From a virus (Duplodnaviria; Caudoviricetes), in IMG/VR virus record IMGVR_UViG_3300014204_000161, positions 1-64,000 of that record: a DNA stretch of 64,000 bases. One strand, 5' to 3'. Shown one piece after another: positions 9,144 to 17,844 of this stretch. Below the pieces are notes generated by a model. That model searched no databases. It was not told the origin of the DNA and saw nothing but the letters and a program-made list of their open reading frames with translations. Each line of letters begins with the position of its first letter. The first letter of the stretch is position 1. Made by a program: the position numbers and the translations under genes.

Positions 9144-9377
9144 TTAATTTATTTTACTAAGTTCGACGCATTTACGGAACTGATCCTCACTCAAGTCCGA
9201 AGTTTCGTGTTCCAGTATATTGCGCAGTATTTGATTGTACAGGTTCTGTTCGAGATCCTCCTTGGATACCTGGCCCTGGAACGGGTCCATTTCCTCGAAT
9301 AAAATGCCTGCTCCTGTTTTTGCCCAATACTTGGCAAGCTCTGCTGTTGGTTCCGGTTTTAGTTTAGGGGCTTCCAT
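9144..9377 (-). CDS. hypothetical early protein
   Basis: Directly below promoter 9415. Confidence 0.7.
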   Translation of the reverse strand: MEAPKLKPEPTAELAKYWAKTGAGILFEEMDPFQGQVSKEDLEQNLYNQILRNILEHETSDLSEDQFRKCVELSKIN

Positions 9378-9435
9378 GTTGTAGTAATTATGGTGTAAAT
9401 ATAATACGTTCCTTCGAAAGGAAAAAATGCAGGGG

Positions 9436-10170
9436 TTATTTTGTTACCCCTGCGAGTTTCCTCATTTTTGCGCGAGCAACTTTCAATGCTCTGTTGACTT
9501 CAGATGGCTTCATGTTAACTCGTTCAGCCACCTCTTTCGTAGACAGGTCTTCACCTTCGAAGCCATAGAAGAGTTCTACTATCTGGCGTTCGGTGGGTTT
9601 AAGGGATGTCAAGAGAACGGCAAGGGTACGAGCTTCGTCTTCCTTCTGAAACGGATCGTTGAAATCTTCGTGAAGCACAAGATCGCCAAGGTTGGTGTCA
9701 TTGTCCTCTCCGACGTGCTGATCGATGCGAACGTTCGTGAGGTTGCGGCTTTCGCCTTTCATTTTCTCCTTGTAAATCTGGTATTCCTGATTCACCGGAA
9801 GCCTGACTGTCCTGCCATGTTCGCATAATGCAAGGTTCAGACGTTTCCTGATCCAAAATTTCGCATAGGTTAGGAACTTGGTGTCCTGTGCTGATGTGTA
9901 GCGCTGTGCTGCCTCGATCAATCCGGCATTACCTTCCTGAATTAAGTCATCGATCGGTAATCCCATCCCAATGAACTTGTTCGCCATGGTAACGACGTAC
10001 TTGAGATTGGCGCTCACGAGCTGGTGCATCGCACGGTCTCCGTCCGGTCCGCCCCTCTGAATCCTGTCGGCCAACTGTCTTTCCTCGTCCTTCGTCATGA
10101 AGTGTGCCACTGCAGTTATTTCCTTGAAATACTGGGGCAGAGTATCTGATGTTTCGAATCTGTTTGACAT
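9436..10170 (-). CDS. phage-encoded sigma70-family RNA polymerase sigma factor
   Basis: Region 1.2 'LPQYFKEI', region 2 'LVSANLKYVV..A.KF...GLPIDDLIQEGNAGLIEAAQRY', 'RTVRLP', region 4 HTH. Confidence 0.9.
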   Translation of the reverse strand: MSNRFETSDTLPQYFKEITAVAHFMTKDEERQLADRIQRGGPDGDRAMHQLVSANLKYVVTMANKFIGMGLPIDDLIQEGNAGLIEAAQRYTSAQDTKFLTYAKFWIRKRLNLALCEHGRTVRLPVNQEYQIYKEKMKGESRNLTNVRIDQHVGEDNDTNLGDLVLHEDFNDPFQKEDEARTLAVLLTSLKPTERQIVELFYGFEGEDLSTKEVAERVNMKPSEVNRALKVARAKMRKLAGVTK

Positions 10171-10240
10171 AGTAGTTTTGAATTATAGGGCAAATATAAC
10201 ACAACTGGCCGACAGGAAAAAATCCTGGTGAAAATATTTT

Positions 10241-10420
10241 TTAGGGAATGTATCCCCAAATCTTGCCGAGCTGGTAGCAAGCATACAGCAGGACGAACAG
10301 TCCGCCGGGCCTGAACAGCACGAACATTACGAACTTGACGAATGCGCTCGTCGCGGTCAGTTTTCCGAACAGGAGGAACAACGACATCAAGCAGACGAGG
10401 ATGTAGAACAGGATTGTCAT
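10241..10420 (-). CDS. small membrane protein (59 aa, not in ORF track)
   Basis: Two hydrophobic segments. Confidence 0.55.
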   Translation of the reverse strand: MTILFYILVCLMSLFLLFGKLTATSAFVKFVMFVLFRPGGLFVLLYACYQLGKIWGYIP

Positions 10421-10432
10421 GGCTTCTGATTT

Positions 10433-10708
10433 TTAAGTGTTTATGAATAAGAAAGTAAAATGTCTTCTCGTACCCTTGTTGTAACCGATGTAGTTAAATC
10501 CGTAGGTATCCTCATTGCTTCCATCCTTATCGTCCTTTAACCATGTCATGGTAACCTCGGTTCCAGTATTGGGATTCTTAACGGTTATCGGTTTGTGGTG
10601 CCAGCATTTGTTCGAGAGCTCGGTGTTGTTAAGATCCGAGAGGTATGCTGAGAACCTTTGGCCCTGCGCGTTCCAGTTAACTGCTTGATGGGTTACGTCT
10701 AATATCAT
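10433..10708 (-). CDS. hypothetical early protein
   Basis: Start revised to ATG 10708 below promoter 10746. Confidence 0.65.
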   Translation of the reverse strand: MILDVTHQAVNWNAQGQRFSAYLSDLNNTELSNKCWHHKPITVKNPNTGTEVTMTWLKDDKDGSNEDTYGFNYIGYNKGTRRHFTFLFINT

Positions 10709-10761
10709 GTTGTTTGGATTATGTAGCAAATATAGAACTATTCCTTGACAGGAAAAAACGG

Positions 10762-11187
10762 TTACCAAAGAGCTGTGAGCATGCTTCGGATTATCTTTTC
10801 CTTCGTTTCCTGATCGAGAGACAGGTCTTCTATTGCGCGTTCGGCTTTTTCCCTGACCTCTTTCTTCTTGTACTCGTAATGTCTTTTCAACACCTCGAAT
10901 ACCAGGTTCGAAAAGTGGATGCTGTTCTTCGCGATCCCATGAACGTCGCTGCAAAGGTAGAGACGGTTAAGGAAGTCTTCGAACGACGAGGAGGTCTCAT
11001 GAATTCCCGGTAACGGCTGGTACTTCTCCTTCAGTTCCTTGAACCGATCCGTGTACTCTCCGTGTCCGTTGAATGCTGGACCTGCATGGATGAGAATGAT
11101 CGGACCCTTTCTCGACCGAGAGGAGAGCTTGTATAAATGATAGACTTGGTCTGCGATGAAGTAAGCGTACTGCGGTTTCTGGTTCAT
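10762..11187 (-). CDS. hypothetical early protein
   Basis: Below promoter 11223. Confidence 0.7.
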   Translation of the reverse strand: MNQKPQYAYFIADQVYHLYKLSSRSRKGPIILIHAGPAFNGHGEYTDRFKELKEKYQPLPGIHETSSSFEDFLNRLYLCSDVHGIAKNSIHFSNLVFEVLKRHYEYKKKEVREKAERAIEDLSLDQETKEKIIRSMLTALW

Positions 11188-11289
11188 AGTTCAGTATTTG
11201 ATGCTAAAGTACCACAAAGTCTTGACAGGAAAAAATCTGGTGAAAAAAAGCCCCATTGCTGGGGCTTTTCGGAGTTGAATGTGATGGTG

Positions 11290-11742
11290 TTAGTCTCCGC
11301 ATCCACAGGATGGACGGCCGGGGCGCACATTCAGGGATCTGGCATCGATCCATGTGTAATTGGTGTTATTCAACTCTTCACGGAAGACCGGGTATGCAGC
11401 CGGATGCCTTTCGCAGAAGGATTTTACCCATTCCCAGTTACGGAAGGTCCATTCCCTGTTCGCGCGCGGGTTCGGGATTTTGATCATACCTTCCTCATCG
11501 AGGATGGGGTACTTCCAGTACAACGGGTCATCGGGTTTGCCAACCAGTTTAGTGTGCTCGATGATCAGATCGCCAAGCGTGGGCAGGCTTTTCAAGCTCT
11601 GAATGTGCTTCCTCAGCTTCGACAATTCCTCAGTGAGATGATCACGAGATTCGGTCATTGCTTCGAGGGCAGCTACTGCTACGTCTAGCGGCAGTTTTGT
11701 AACGTCGTCCGTTACGAAGATTCCTTCAATTTTCGTGTCCAT
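11290..11742 (-). CDS. hypothetical early protein
   Basis: Below promoter 11796; terminator at 11247-11268. Confidence 0.7.
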   Translation of the reverse strand: MDTKIEGIFVTDDVTKLPLDVAVAALEAMTESRDHLTEELSKLRKHIQSLKSLPTLGDLIIEHTKLVGKPDDPLYWKYPILDEEGMIKIPNPRANREWTFRNWEWVKSFCERHPAAYPVFREELNNTNYTWIDARSLNVRPGRPSCGCGD

Positions 11743-11818
11743 GATTTTAATGTTTAATTATTGATTGAATATAGAACAAAATTAATACTCTTTCATGAAA
11801 GGAAAAAATTCTGGAGAA

Positions 11819-12160
11819 TTATTTTTTGCATTTACCTATTCTTTCCAAATCAGAGTACTTGTCTATGATTACATCAGTTACTACCGGAATCTCGGATTCC
11901 AAGCAAGCAGCCTTGTCCAGTAATTTTTTAGCTTTGACCCTACATTCTTGTGCTTTCATCTCGTGTGAATGCTTGACGGCAGCGATAGCTTCCTCAGCTG
12001 TGCGATGATGATAAACGAATATCATTTCTTCGGGGCACGATTGACTGATCGAATCTCTAAAATTATATCGGATCATTCCGTTTTCGTTGGCCAAACAAGA
12101 TCTTTCCAGAACAGTATTCGTCTGTGGATCGGCTATGTAAAATAAATCTCCAGGTTCCAT
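11819..12160 (-). CDS. hypothetical early protein
   Basis: Below promoter 12206. Confidence 0.7.
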   Translation of the reverse strand: MEPGDLFYIADPQTNTVLERSCLANENGMIRYNFRDSISQSCPEEMIFVYHHRTAEEAIAAVKHSHEMKAQECRVKAKKLLDKAACLESEIPVVTDVIIDKYSDLERIGKCKK

Positions 12161-12404
12161 GTTAATTCTTATTAGTTAAACGTAAGCAAATATAATACTC
12201 TTTCTTGAAAGGAAAAAAATCTGACGAATTATTTTTTACAATTTCAGGGTCAATCTCTTCGACAATCTTCAAGAATACTTCTGCGTCAGCTTGTTGGTCA
12301 GTGGAGGACGAGCTCGTCAAGGAATTCCTTGAGGTATTCGTACAGTAATTTCTGTTTTGGTATCATGGTTGTTTCGTTTTAACTGTTAATACTAAAAAAG
12401 GAGG

Positions 12405-12734
12405 TTATATGAAAAACTGGAGATTCTTGGCATTGGCCAGTGGAGGCCAGGTCTCGTACTCGACCTCGTCGTATCCGCCCTTATTCCAGAGGAGATCCAA
12501 ATCGTTGAGATACTCATGTTCGGCTTCTACACTATCGTGCTTGGAATAACAGGTGTTCTTTTCCACGATACGAAGGGCGAACGATCCTTCCACGTAGGGA
12601 TCCGGGCATATCCTCATCTCTTGAACGCCCGTGAAATGTTTGTCTACATACAGATCGGTCAGTTCATCGACTGCGGCTTGCGGCATGCCTATTTCGAGCA
12701 TTGCCTTTGCGAAATTATGTTGTCTCTTTGCCAT
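12405..12734 (-). CDS. hypothetical early protein
   Basis: Below promoter 12775. Confidence 0.7.
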   Translation of the reverse strand: MAKRQHNFAKAMLEIGMPQAAVDELTDLYVDKHFTGVQEMRICPDPYVEGSFALRIVEKNTCYSKHDSVEAEHEYLNDLDLLWNKGGYDEVEYETWPPLANAKNLQFFI

Positions 12735-12787
12735 AGTTGTTTTGATTGATTGATGTAAATGTAATACATTTTACTGACAGTAAAAAA

Positions 12788-13405
12788 TTAGGTCTTGATA
12801 AGTTTTAAGAACTTCCTTAAGAACTTGTCTTTCACCGACATGGCCGTTTCTTTGTCAGCAGCATTGTCTTTCCGCTGAACGCCGTTGGGCGAGGTCGGCA
12901 GCTTCTTGGCATTGTCCTGGTATTCCCGTTGGGTTCGGCAATCTATGTCAGACAAGTCTATGTCGAGAACTCGGGCTATCGTGGCTACATGCCGTCTGCT
13001 GAATGCAGGGTTCCAATGGTCAATTCGATTGATCGCCCTGATGAGAAGGTCCTCATCATGGAAGGTATTGACGTAATCGTATGACAGCATGTTATAGACC
13101 GTATTGCAGTCAACTATCCTCTGTGTGTCCGTCATGTAGTCGTACATGATCAGGCCGACATGAGTGGCTGAGGTCGGCTCCAGCTTGGTAGCGTTCGCTA
13201 GGACTTCAGAGTTCAGCTTGAAGGATTCGGAATCATTATGGCCCATGACGAAGAGGTACGTCATGAAGTTGGAATTGTTCTTCTTGATCCAACGAGCCAT
13301 GGCAAGAGCTGCTATTCCGCAGCCGCCTAGGTTAATGTTTGGAACCTCGTTGATCGCGCGTTGTACGTCTTCGAAAGTTGTTTTGGTCTGAACTTCAACT
13401 GCCAT
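12788..13405 (-). CDS. hypothetical early protein
   Basis: Below promoter 13456; 'NINLGGCG' motif. Confidence 0.75.
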   Translation of the reverse strand: MAVEVQTKTTFEDVQRAINEVPNINLGGCGIAALAMARWIKKNNSNFMTYLFVMGHNDSESFKLNSEVLANATKLEPTSATHVGLIMYDYMTDTQRIVDCNTVYNMLSYDYVNTFHDEDLLIRAINRIDHWNPAFSRRHVATIARVLDIDLSDIDCRTQREYQDNAKKLPTSPNGVQRKDNAADKETAMSVKDKFLRKFLKLIKT

Positions 13406-13482
13406 GACTGGAATTTTTAATGGTTGATTGATGCAGCTAATTTATAACATGTTCTAGACAGGAAAAAATCGGGGCTGAAGAA

Positions 13483-14091
13483 TTATGCGGGTTGTTCTGC
13501 ACTAGGGAGTACTGCAGGCTGGGGTACAGACATGAATCCTTCGTCGTAACCGGCCTGATAGACGAGCTGTTCCGCATGGTTGCTACGAGCGGACAGTTCC
13601 GGTGCAGTCAGTCCCATCTTCGACAAGAACCTGAGCATGGTCTCCTCGTCCATCTCCTCGATGTTCGGGTTGGCTTCGAACTTCCCGTCCGCCTTGCCCA
13701 GCTCGAAGGCTGTCGCGTACTTGGACCGTGGCAGGAGCTCGAGGATCCGATTGATGAACGGTCTGATAACTGCGGGATTGTTGGGATAGACAGCTGCTAT
13801 GGCCTCCATTCTAGGGAGTAACTTACCTGTGTCCGTGATCAGCTTCGCCATCTTCCTGGCGTTACCGATGGTGATTGCTCCACCGTTCGGGTCGGGATCC
13901 ACCTTGCCCTTAATCCCGTTTTTCAGGGTATTGGCACGATAGCGATCCTTCTCGTCAATGTATGGGTTGTCTGCTTCGCGGTAATGATGGCTCCACTTGT
14001 GGCGGCCGCCGCCGTATCTGTGTCTTCCGTATGGCATTTCTAATAAGAGTTGTTCGTTAATAAATTCCGTGAATGATGCGACGTGGGCCAT
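13483..14091 (-). CDS. late protein with capsid-targeting-like N-terminus
   Basis: 'ASFTEFINEQLLLE'; ATAAATA at 14110-14116. Confidence 0.75.
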   Translation of the reverse strand: MAHVASFTEFINEQLLLEMPYGRHRYGGGRHKWSHHYREADNPYIDEKDRYRANTLKNGIKGKVDPDPNGGAITIGNARKMAKLITDTGKLLPRMEAIAAVYPNNPAVIRPFINRILELLPRSKYATAFELGKADGKFEANPNIEEMDEETMLRFLSKMGLTAPELSARSNHAEQLVYQAGYDEGFMSVPQPAVLPSAEQPA

Positions 14092-14135
14092 GGACCGGGA
14101 TGTTTTGGTTATTTATCCCGGTCCGGCCGTCACGT

Positions 14136-14387
14136 CTATTCCCTGAGGAACGCTTGCGTGGTGACCTGCATGGAGCGCCACCCGCCTGCGACGAAGTCCC
14201 AGAAAGGTACCACCTTATGCGAGCTCCTCCGGTCACCCGAGGGATGACCACTGGCAGGGATATGGGTTAAATTAGTCGTGCCAATAACTTCACGCAGGCT
14301 GCCGTCTTTTTTCACGAAGAAGAACTTGACGATGCCTGTGTGGAGGCGCGTACGTAAATCGGATGCGGAAATGGGTTGGTGTGACAT
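14136..14387 (-). CDS. SH3-like beta-barrel (WYL-like/DUF2693-type) protein
   Basis: 'FFFVKKDGSLREVIGT...VPFWDFVAGGWRS'. Confidence 0.7.
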   Translation of the reverse strand: MSHQPISASDLRTRLHTGIVKFFFVKKDGSLREVIGTTNLTHIPASGHPSGDRRSSHKVVPFWDFVAGGWRSMQVTTQAFLRE

Positions 14388-14474
14388 GGCGGAAGTTTTA
14401 ATTGGTTAATGTAGAGTAAAAGTAATACGATTCCGCGACAGTAAAAAATTCTGGTGAAAATATTTGAAACTTTT

Positions 14475-14540
14475 TTCTGGTCGAGGTACCTCGCAGGTCG
14501 GAGTATACTCGGTCCGGGGCTAGCGTACTGAAATCTGTTG
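14475..14540 (-). ncRNA. candidate early sRNA unit B
   Basis: ORF-less unit below promoter 14560; GTATACTCCGACCTG plus palindrome CGAGGTACCTCG. Confidence 0.45.
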
Positions 14541-14605
14541 TAAATATAGAACTATTGCTCGACAGTAAAAAACCGCCGAGCAATATTTTTGAGGAAAGTG
14601 GTGGC

Positions 14606-15115
14606 TTAGATGGCGGCCACCGGCTCGAAGAACTGTGCGATGTCGACGTTCTCGTTCGCTGCCCTCATGTTCTTGAGGCAGACCGGGCCGAGACCCGTGT
14701 ACACCGACTCGGGATGGGTGAGTGGTAAGCCACAGTGGCAGCAACGGTCCTCGTGGAAGAGACCTACGCGTCCTCTCAGGACTTCTGGGTTCTGAATGGC
14801 TCCGACCATCCAGCGGAACACGCGGGCGAGCTGTGAGTTGGCCTCGACATCGCGTCCGAGCTTGATGTGGAAGTTGTCCGAGAACATGGTGCCAGCGAAG
14901 CGGTAGCGCTGTACGCCGTCACCCAGGAGGCTGATGTGGACGTAGAAAATGGGGAGCTTTATCTTGCGGTCCTTCTTGTCACGGAGCTGCTTGATTTTCA
15001 CCGTGAAGTGGGTACCGGATTCGAGGTTACGGAACGTGAGAACTGCGCGTCCGGCCAGGGCCAGGATCGGAAGAGCTCTCGGATTCATGTTCGGGCGGGG
15101 GGCTAAGTTTTTCAT
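14606..15115 (-). CDS. DUF6011-like zinc-binding protein
   Basis: 'CCHCGLPLTHPES...GLGPVC'; start revised to 15115 below promoter 15163. Confidence 0.7.
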   Translation of the reverse strand: MKNLAPRPNMNPRALPILALAGRAVLTFRNLESGTHFTVKIKQLRDKKDRKIKLPIFYVHISLLGDGVQRYRFAGTMFSDNFHIKLGRDVEANSQLARVFRWMVGAIQNPEVLRGRVGLFHEDRCCHCGLPLTHPESVYTGLGPVCLKNMRAANENVDIAQFFEPVAAI

Positions 15116-15199
15116 GGCGGCGGATGTTTGATTGATTATGGTGTAAATATAATACCGTTTCCGTTCAGGAAAAAATCCTGGTGAAAATAATTGAAACTT

Positions 15200-15259
15200 T
15201 TCCAAACTAGTTTGCAGGTCGGAGTATACCCTCTGCGGTTGCTAGCCGAACTGATGTTG
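15200..15259 (-). ncRNA. candidate early sRNA unit A
   Basis: ORF-less unit below promoter 15279; GTATACTCCGACCTG plus palindrome CAAACTAGTTTG. Confidence 0.45.
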
Positions 15260-15309
15260 TAAAAGTATCACGAATTCTTGAGAGGAAAAAATGGGCCGAA
15301 GCCCATTGG

Positions 15310-15501
15310 TCATTCGGTTTTCGCGTAGGCCGGCACCCGCTCGAGGTAGCGGACCATTGCTGCCGAGAGGCGCTTGCCCTTGAGGCCGCATTCCTGGAAG
15401 CCATTGATAATTTCGCCAGCGTTACCGTCGTAGCGTTCGATCATTTCCGCGCGTAGCTCGTTGAAGCTCATGGCGGACAGTTTCTTCTTGTCGTTCGGCA
15501 T
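15310..15501 (-). CDS. small early protein
   Basis: Promoter 15543; terminator at 15290-15307. Confidence 0.7.
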   Translation of the reverse strand: MPNDKKKLSAMSFNELRAEMIERYDGNAGEIINGFQECGLKGKRLSAAMVRYLERVPAYAKTE

Positions 15502-15569
15502 GGTTTTGGTTTTGAATGTAAGGCAAATATAGAACTATTCCGCGAAAGGAAAAAATGGGCCGAAGCCCC

Positions 15570-15755
15570 TTACGGGGTAACTTCGGCCAGGTCCTGTGAG
15601 AGGATCCAATCGTACATCAGGTCCATCTGCCTCTCGAAGGGCAGGTCCTTGACGTAGGACTGCTCCATGAAGGTGAGAAGTTGCTCATCGCTCAGCTCCT
15701 GGATGTTGACGTAGCCGTAGCGGTCGCGGAAGAAATCACGGATTTTCTTGATCAT
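15570..15755 (-). CDS. small early protein
   Basis: Promoter 15804; hairpin at 15556-15570. Confidence 0.7.
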   Translation of the reverse strand: MIKKIRDFFRDRYGYVNIQELSDEQLLTFMEQSYVKDLPFERQMDLMYDWILSQDLAEVTP

Positions 15756-15816
15756 GGCGGTTAGGTTTTAAGTTTAACGTAAGGCAAATATAATCCTAAA
15801 CCGCGAAAGGAAAAAA

Positions 15817-16071
15817 TCAGGAAAGAACTTCGGCGATGAGAGCTCTGACGTGCAGTTCAGCCTCAAGCTCAAGCTCGGCAACTACATGAGCGTCCTCAAC
15901 TGTCCAAGTCTCGTCTGGACCCGGAACCAGCTTCTTGGTCCGGCCGAACAGAGTGTAGACGCCGGTAACCGAGCCGGACCTGTCGGTTCTTAACCAGACA
16001 GGCCCTAGCTTGGTCTCGCCCTTTTGGTGCCGATCCGCCAAGACGGCCCAACTTATCTGAGGATTATCCAT
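15817..16071 (-). CDS. hypothetical protein
   Basis: Start revised to MDNPQ, overlapping the upstream stop region. Confidence 0.6.
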   Translation of the reverse strand: MDNPQISWAVLADRHQKGETKLGPVWLRTDRSGSVTGVYTLFGRTKKLVPGPDETWTVEDAHVVAELELEAELHVRALIAEVLS

Positions 16072-16378
16072 TGATTCCGAGTTCTCTCTTCGCTTCCTCG
16101 TCCCATTCCTCGGGCTGATGAGCTTCAGCGTAATACGCATAGTCACTGGCCTTCGTGTCCTTTTCGTCGAAGGTTATGACAACATCGTAATAGGTTCCGA
16201 GATCGTGAGGATTCGATTTGATTTTGAATTCTGCGCCCGGCGGGGGATCGCCAAACACGCGCTTCATTTGGTTAATGAATGCTCTGCACTCTTTGCGAGC
16301 CTTGTCCCCGTAATCGGGGGTACCCACCTGAGCGCAGTCTTCGCCGAATGGGGTTGGGCCTAAATAGAGTTCGTCCAT
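16064..16378 (-). CDS. conserved-looking phage hypothetical protein
   Basis: 'LGPTPFGEDCAQVG..DY...ARKEC...NPHDLGTYYDV'; promoter 16420. Confidence 0.75.
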   Translation of the reverse strand: MDELYLGPTPFGEDCAQVGTPDYGDKARKECRAFINQMKRVFGDPPPGAEFKIKSNPHDLGTYYDVVITFDEKDTKASDYAYYAEAHQPEEWDEEAKRELGING

Positions 16379-16432
16379 GGTTCATGCATTTAATGTAAGG
16401 CAAATATACCACTAAACTCTGACAGGAAAAAA

Positions 16433-16666
16433 TTAGGCTCGTTTCTTTTCGTACTTGTATCCGTTGGCCATGCAGATCTGTTCGAGCTGAGCAGTTTCGG
16501 TTCTGTTACGGGTCTTAAACACTAACGTGCTCTCGCCGTCAGTAACGGCTACTTCGAACCTAGGCTCGTCTTCGGTCTTAAACCAGTTGGAGATTGCCTT
16601 TGCGCCGGCGGCGTCGATGAGGTCTTCGTTTACGAATTCCTCGCGGGATTTAACGTGCTTCTTCAT
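16433..16666 (-). CDS. small late protein with capsid-targeting-like N-terminus
   Basis: 'MKKHVKSREEFVNED'; ATAAATA at 16672-16678. Confidence 0.75.
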   Translation of the reverse strand: MKKHVKSREEFVNEDLIDAAGAKAISNWFKTEDEPRFEVAVTDGESTLVFKTRNRTETAQLEQICMANGYKYEKKRA

Positions 16667-16705
16667 TGATTTATTTATCGCATGCTGAGCACAAAAATCT
16701 GGCGG

Positions 16706-16897
16706 TTACGATAACCAGCCGGTGGTCCAAACGAAGACAACAGAACAGATCAAGATGATAAGTTCTATTACCGCCCAGACAGTCCAACGGATTATGTCCG
16801 CATGGTCTTGCCTTGGTTTGTAAGCGATCGGATGTTTTAATACCCAACCAAATAGGAACACGAGAAGGGCTGTAAGTAAAATCTTAAGAGCTATCAT
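16706..16897 (-). CDS. small membrane protein
   Basis: Two hydrophobic segments. Confidence 0.6.
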   Translation of the reverse strand: MIALKILLTALLVFLFGWVLKHPIAYKPRQDHADIIRWTVWAVIELIILICSVVFVWTTGWLS

Positions 16898-16910
16898 ATC
16901 TAAAAATTTG

Positions 16911-17001
16911 CGGCAACAGACGGGATCGAACCGTCATTCTCCCGATTGAGTCGGGATTTACCTGTATATTCCAGCCGTGGTTATCTGAACTCTATACTGC
17001 C
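16911..17001 (-). tRNA. non-canonical tRNA-like gene (anticodon loop ACUCAAU, enlarged D region)
   Basis: Acceptor GGCAGTA/TGTTGCC, T arm GACGG-TTCGATC-CCGTC, anticodon stem TCCCG/CGGGA; 38 nt between acceptor and anticodon stems; no encoded CCA. Confidence 0.55.
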
Positions 17002-17149
17002 ATAAATATAGTACCCAAAAAACGAGGCAAGGGACCCGCAAATCAATGGGGTCCCAGCCACTAACCGAGTCTAGGGCGAAACGGTTTCATGTCCCGGAAA
17101 TCTGGCCGGAACTCCAATTTTATTTATCCGAATCTAATCGGTAGTTAGC

Positions 17150-17392
17150 TTACGCGCGACCGGCAGTGTTCTTCTGCCTGCCACGTACCATGTTGTAGGC
17201 AAAGTTCAAGATCCGTTTGTTCTCGTACCTGCCATGTAGAACGTTGGACACGTGCTGTTCGCTGTACCCCGTCCAAAAAGCAATCTGATTACCGTCTCCT
17301 TGTCTCTTGCGAGATGCAATGATAGCTCTCTTTGCTCCGACTGGTAAACAACGGTACTTACTTCCGATTCTGCTCTGATTATCTGTGCTCAT
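17150..17392 (-). CDS. small basic, possibly HTH protein
   Basis: 'GYSEQHVSNVLHGR'; GTAGTATAAT at 17416-17425. Confidence 0.6.
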   Translation of the reverse strand: MSTDNQSRIGSKYRCLPVGAKRAIIASRKRQGDGNQIAFWTGYSEQHVSNVLHGRYENKRILNFAYNMVRGRQKNTAGRA

Positions 17393-17416
17393 TATAATGT
17401 TGGTAATTTTTCGATA

Positions 17417-17671
17417 TTATACTACTTTAGTTTCTGGTCCCTTCTGCTCAATCTTGGTGATGGGAAACATCAGTCTAAATAGGAACATCATACCCCAGGC
17501 CTGAATGGCTGAGAGCTCGCCTAGGCCTGCCAGACCAGGCATTATCCAGTTCCAAAGCCATTTGATCGGAAATGCCAGTAACGCGGACGTTAGGAAGCCT
17601 ATGAAGATCGAGAGAATAACTATCTTGATCTGATTGGTAATCAATTGCTTAGGGGTTAACATTGGATTCAT
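17417..17671 (-). CDS. membrane protein
   Basis: Hydrophobic; 'WLWNWIMP'. Confidence 0.65.
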   Translation of the reverse strand: MNPMLTPKQLITNQIKIVILSIFIGFLTSALLAFPIKWLWNWIMPGLAGLGELSAIQAWGMMFLFRLMFPITKIEQKGPETKVV

Positions 17672-17844
17672 GATATAGTTTCTTTTGTATCTTTTACTTG
17701 TATTTACCTGACAGTTTTAACAAGGAAGGCCCGATTTCTCGAGGCCTTCTCAACTGAGTTTGTCTGCCGGGCGTTCGGCACCCAGTAACCATTGCCGCCT
17801 CGCGACCCGGCTTGCGCCGGACTTTACGGTTGGGTTTCGCTTCT

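Noticed and set aside
12225-12366. Small frameshifted ORF MIPKQKLLYE
   Set aside because: Only 22 codons before the stop and an uncertain continuation; too weak to call.
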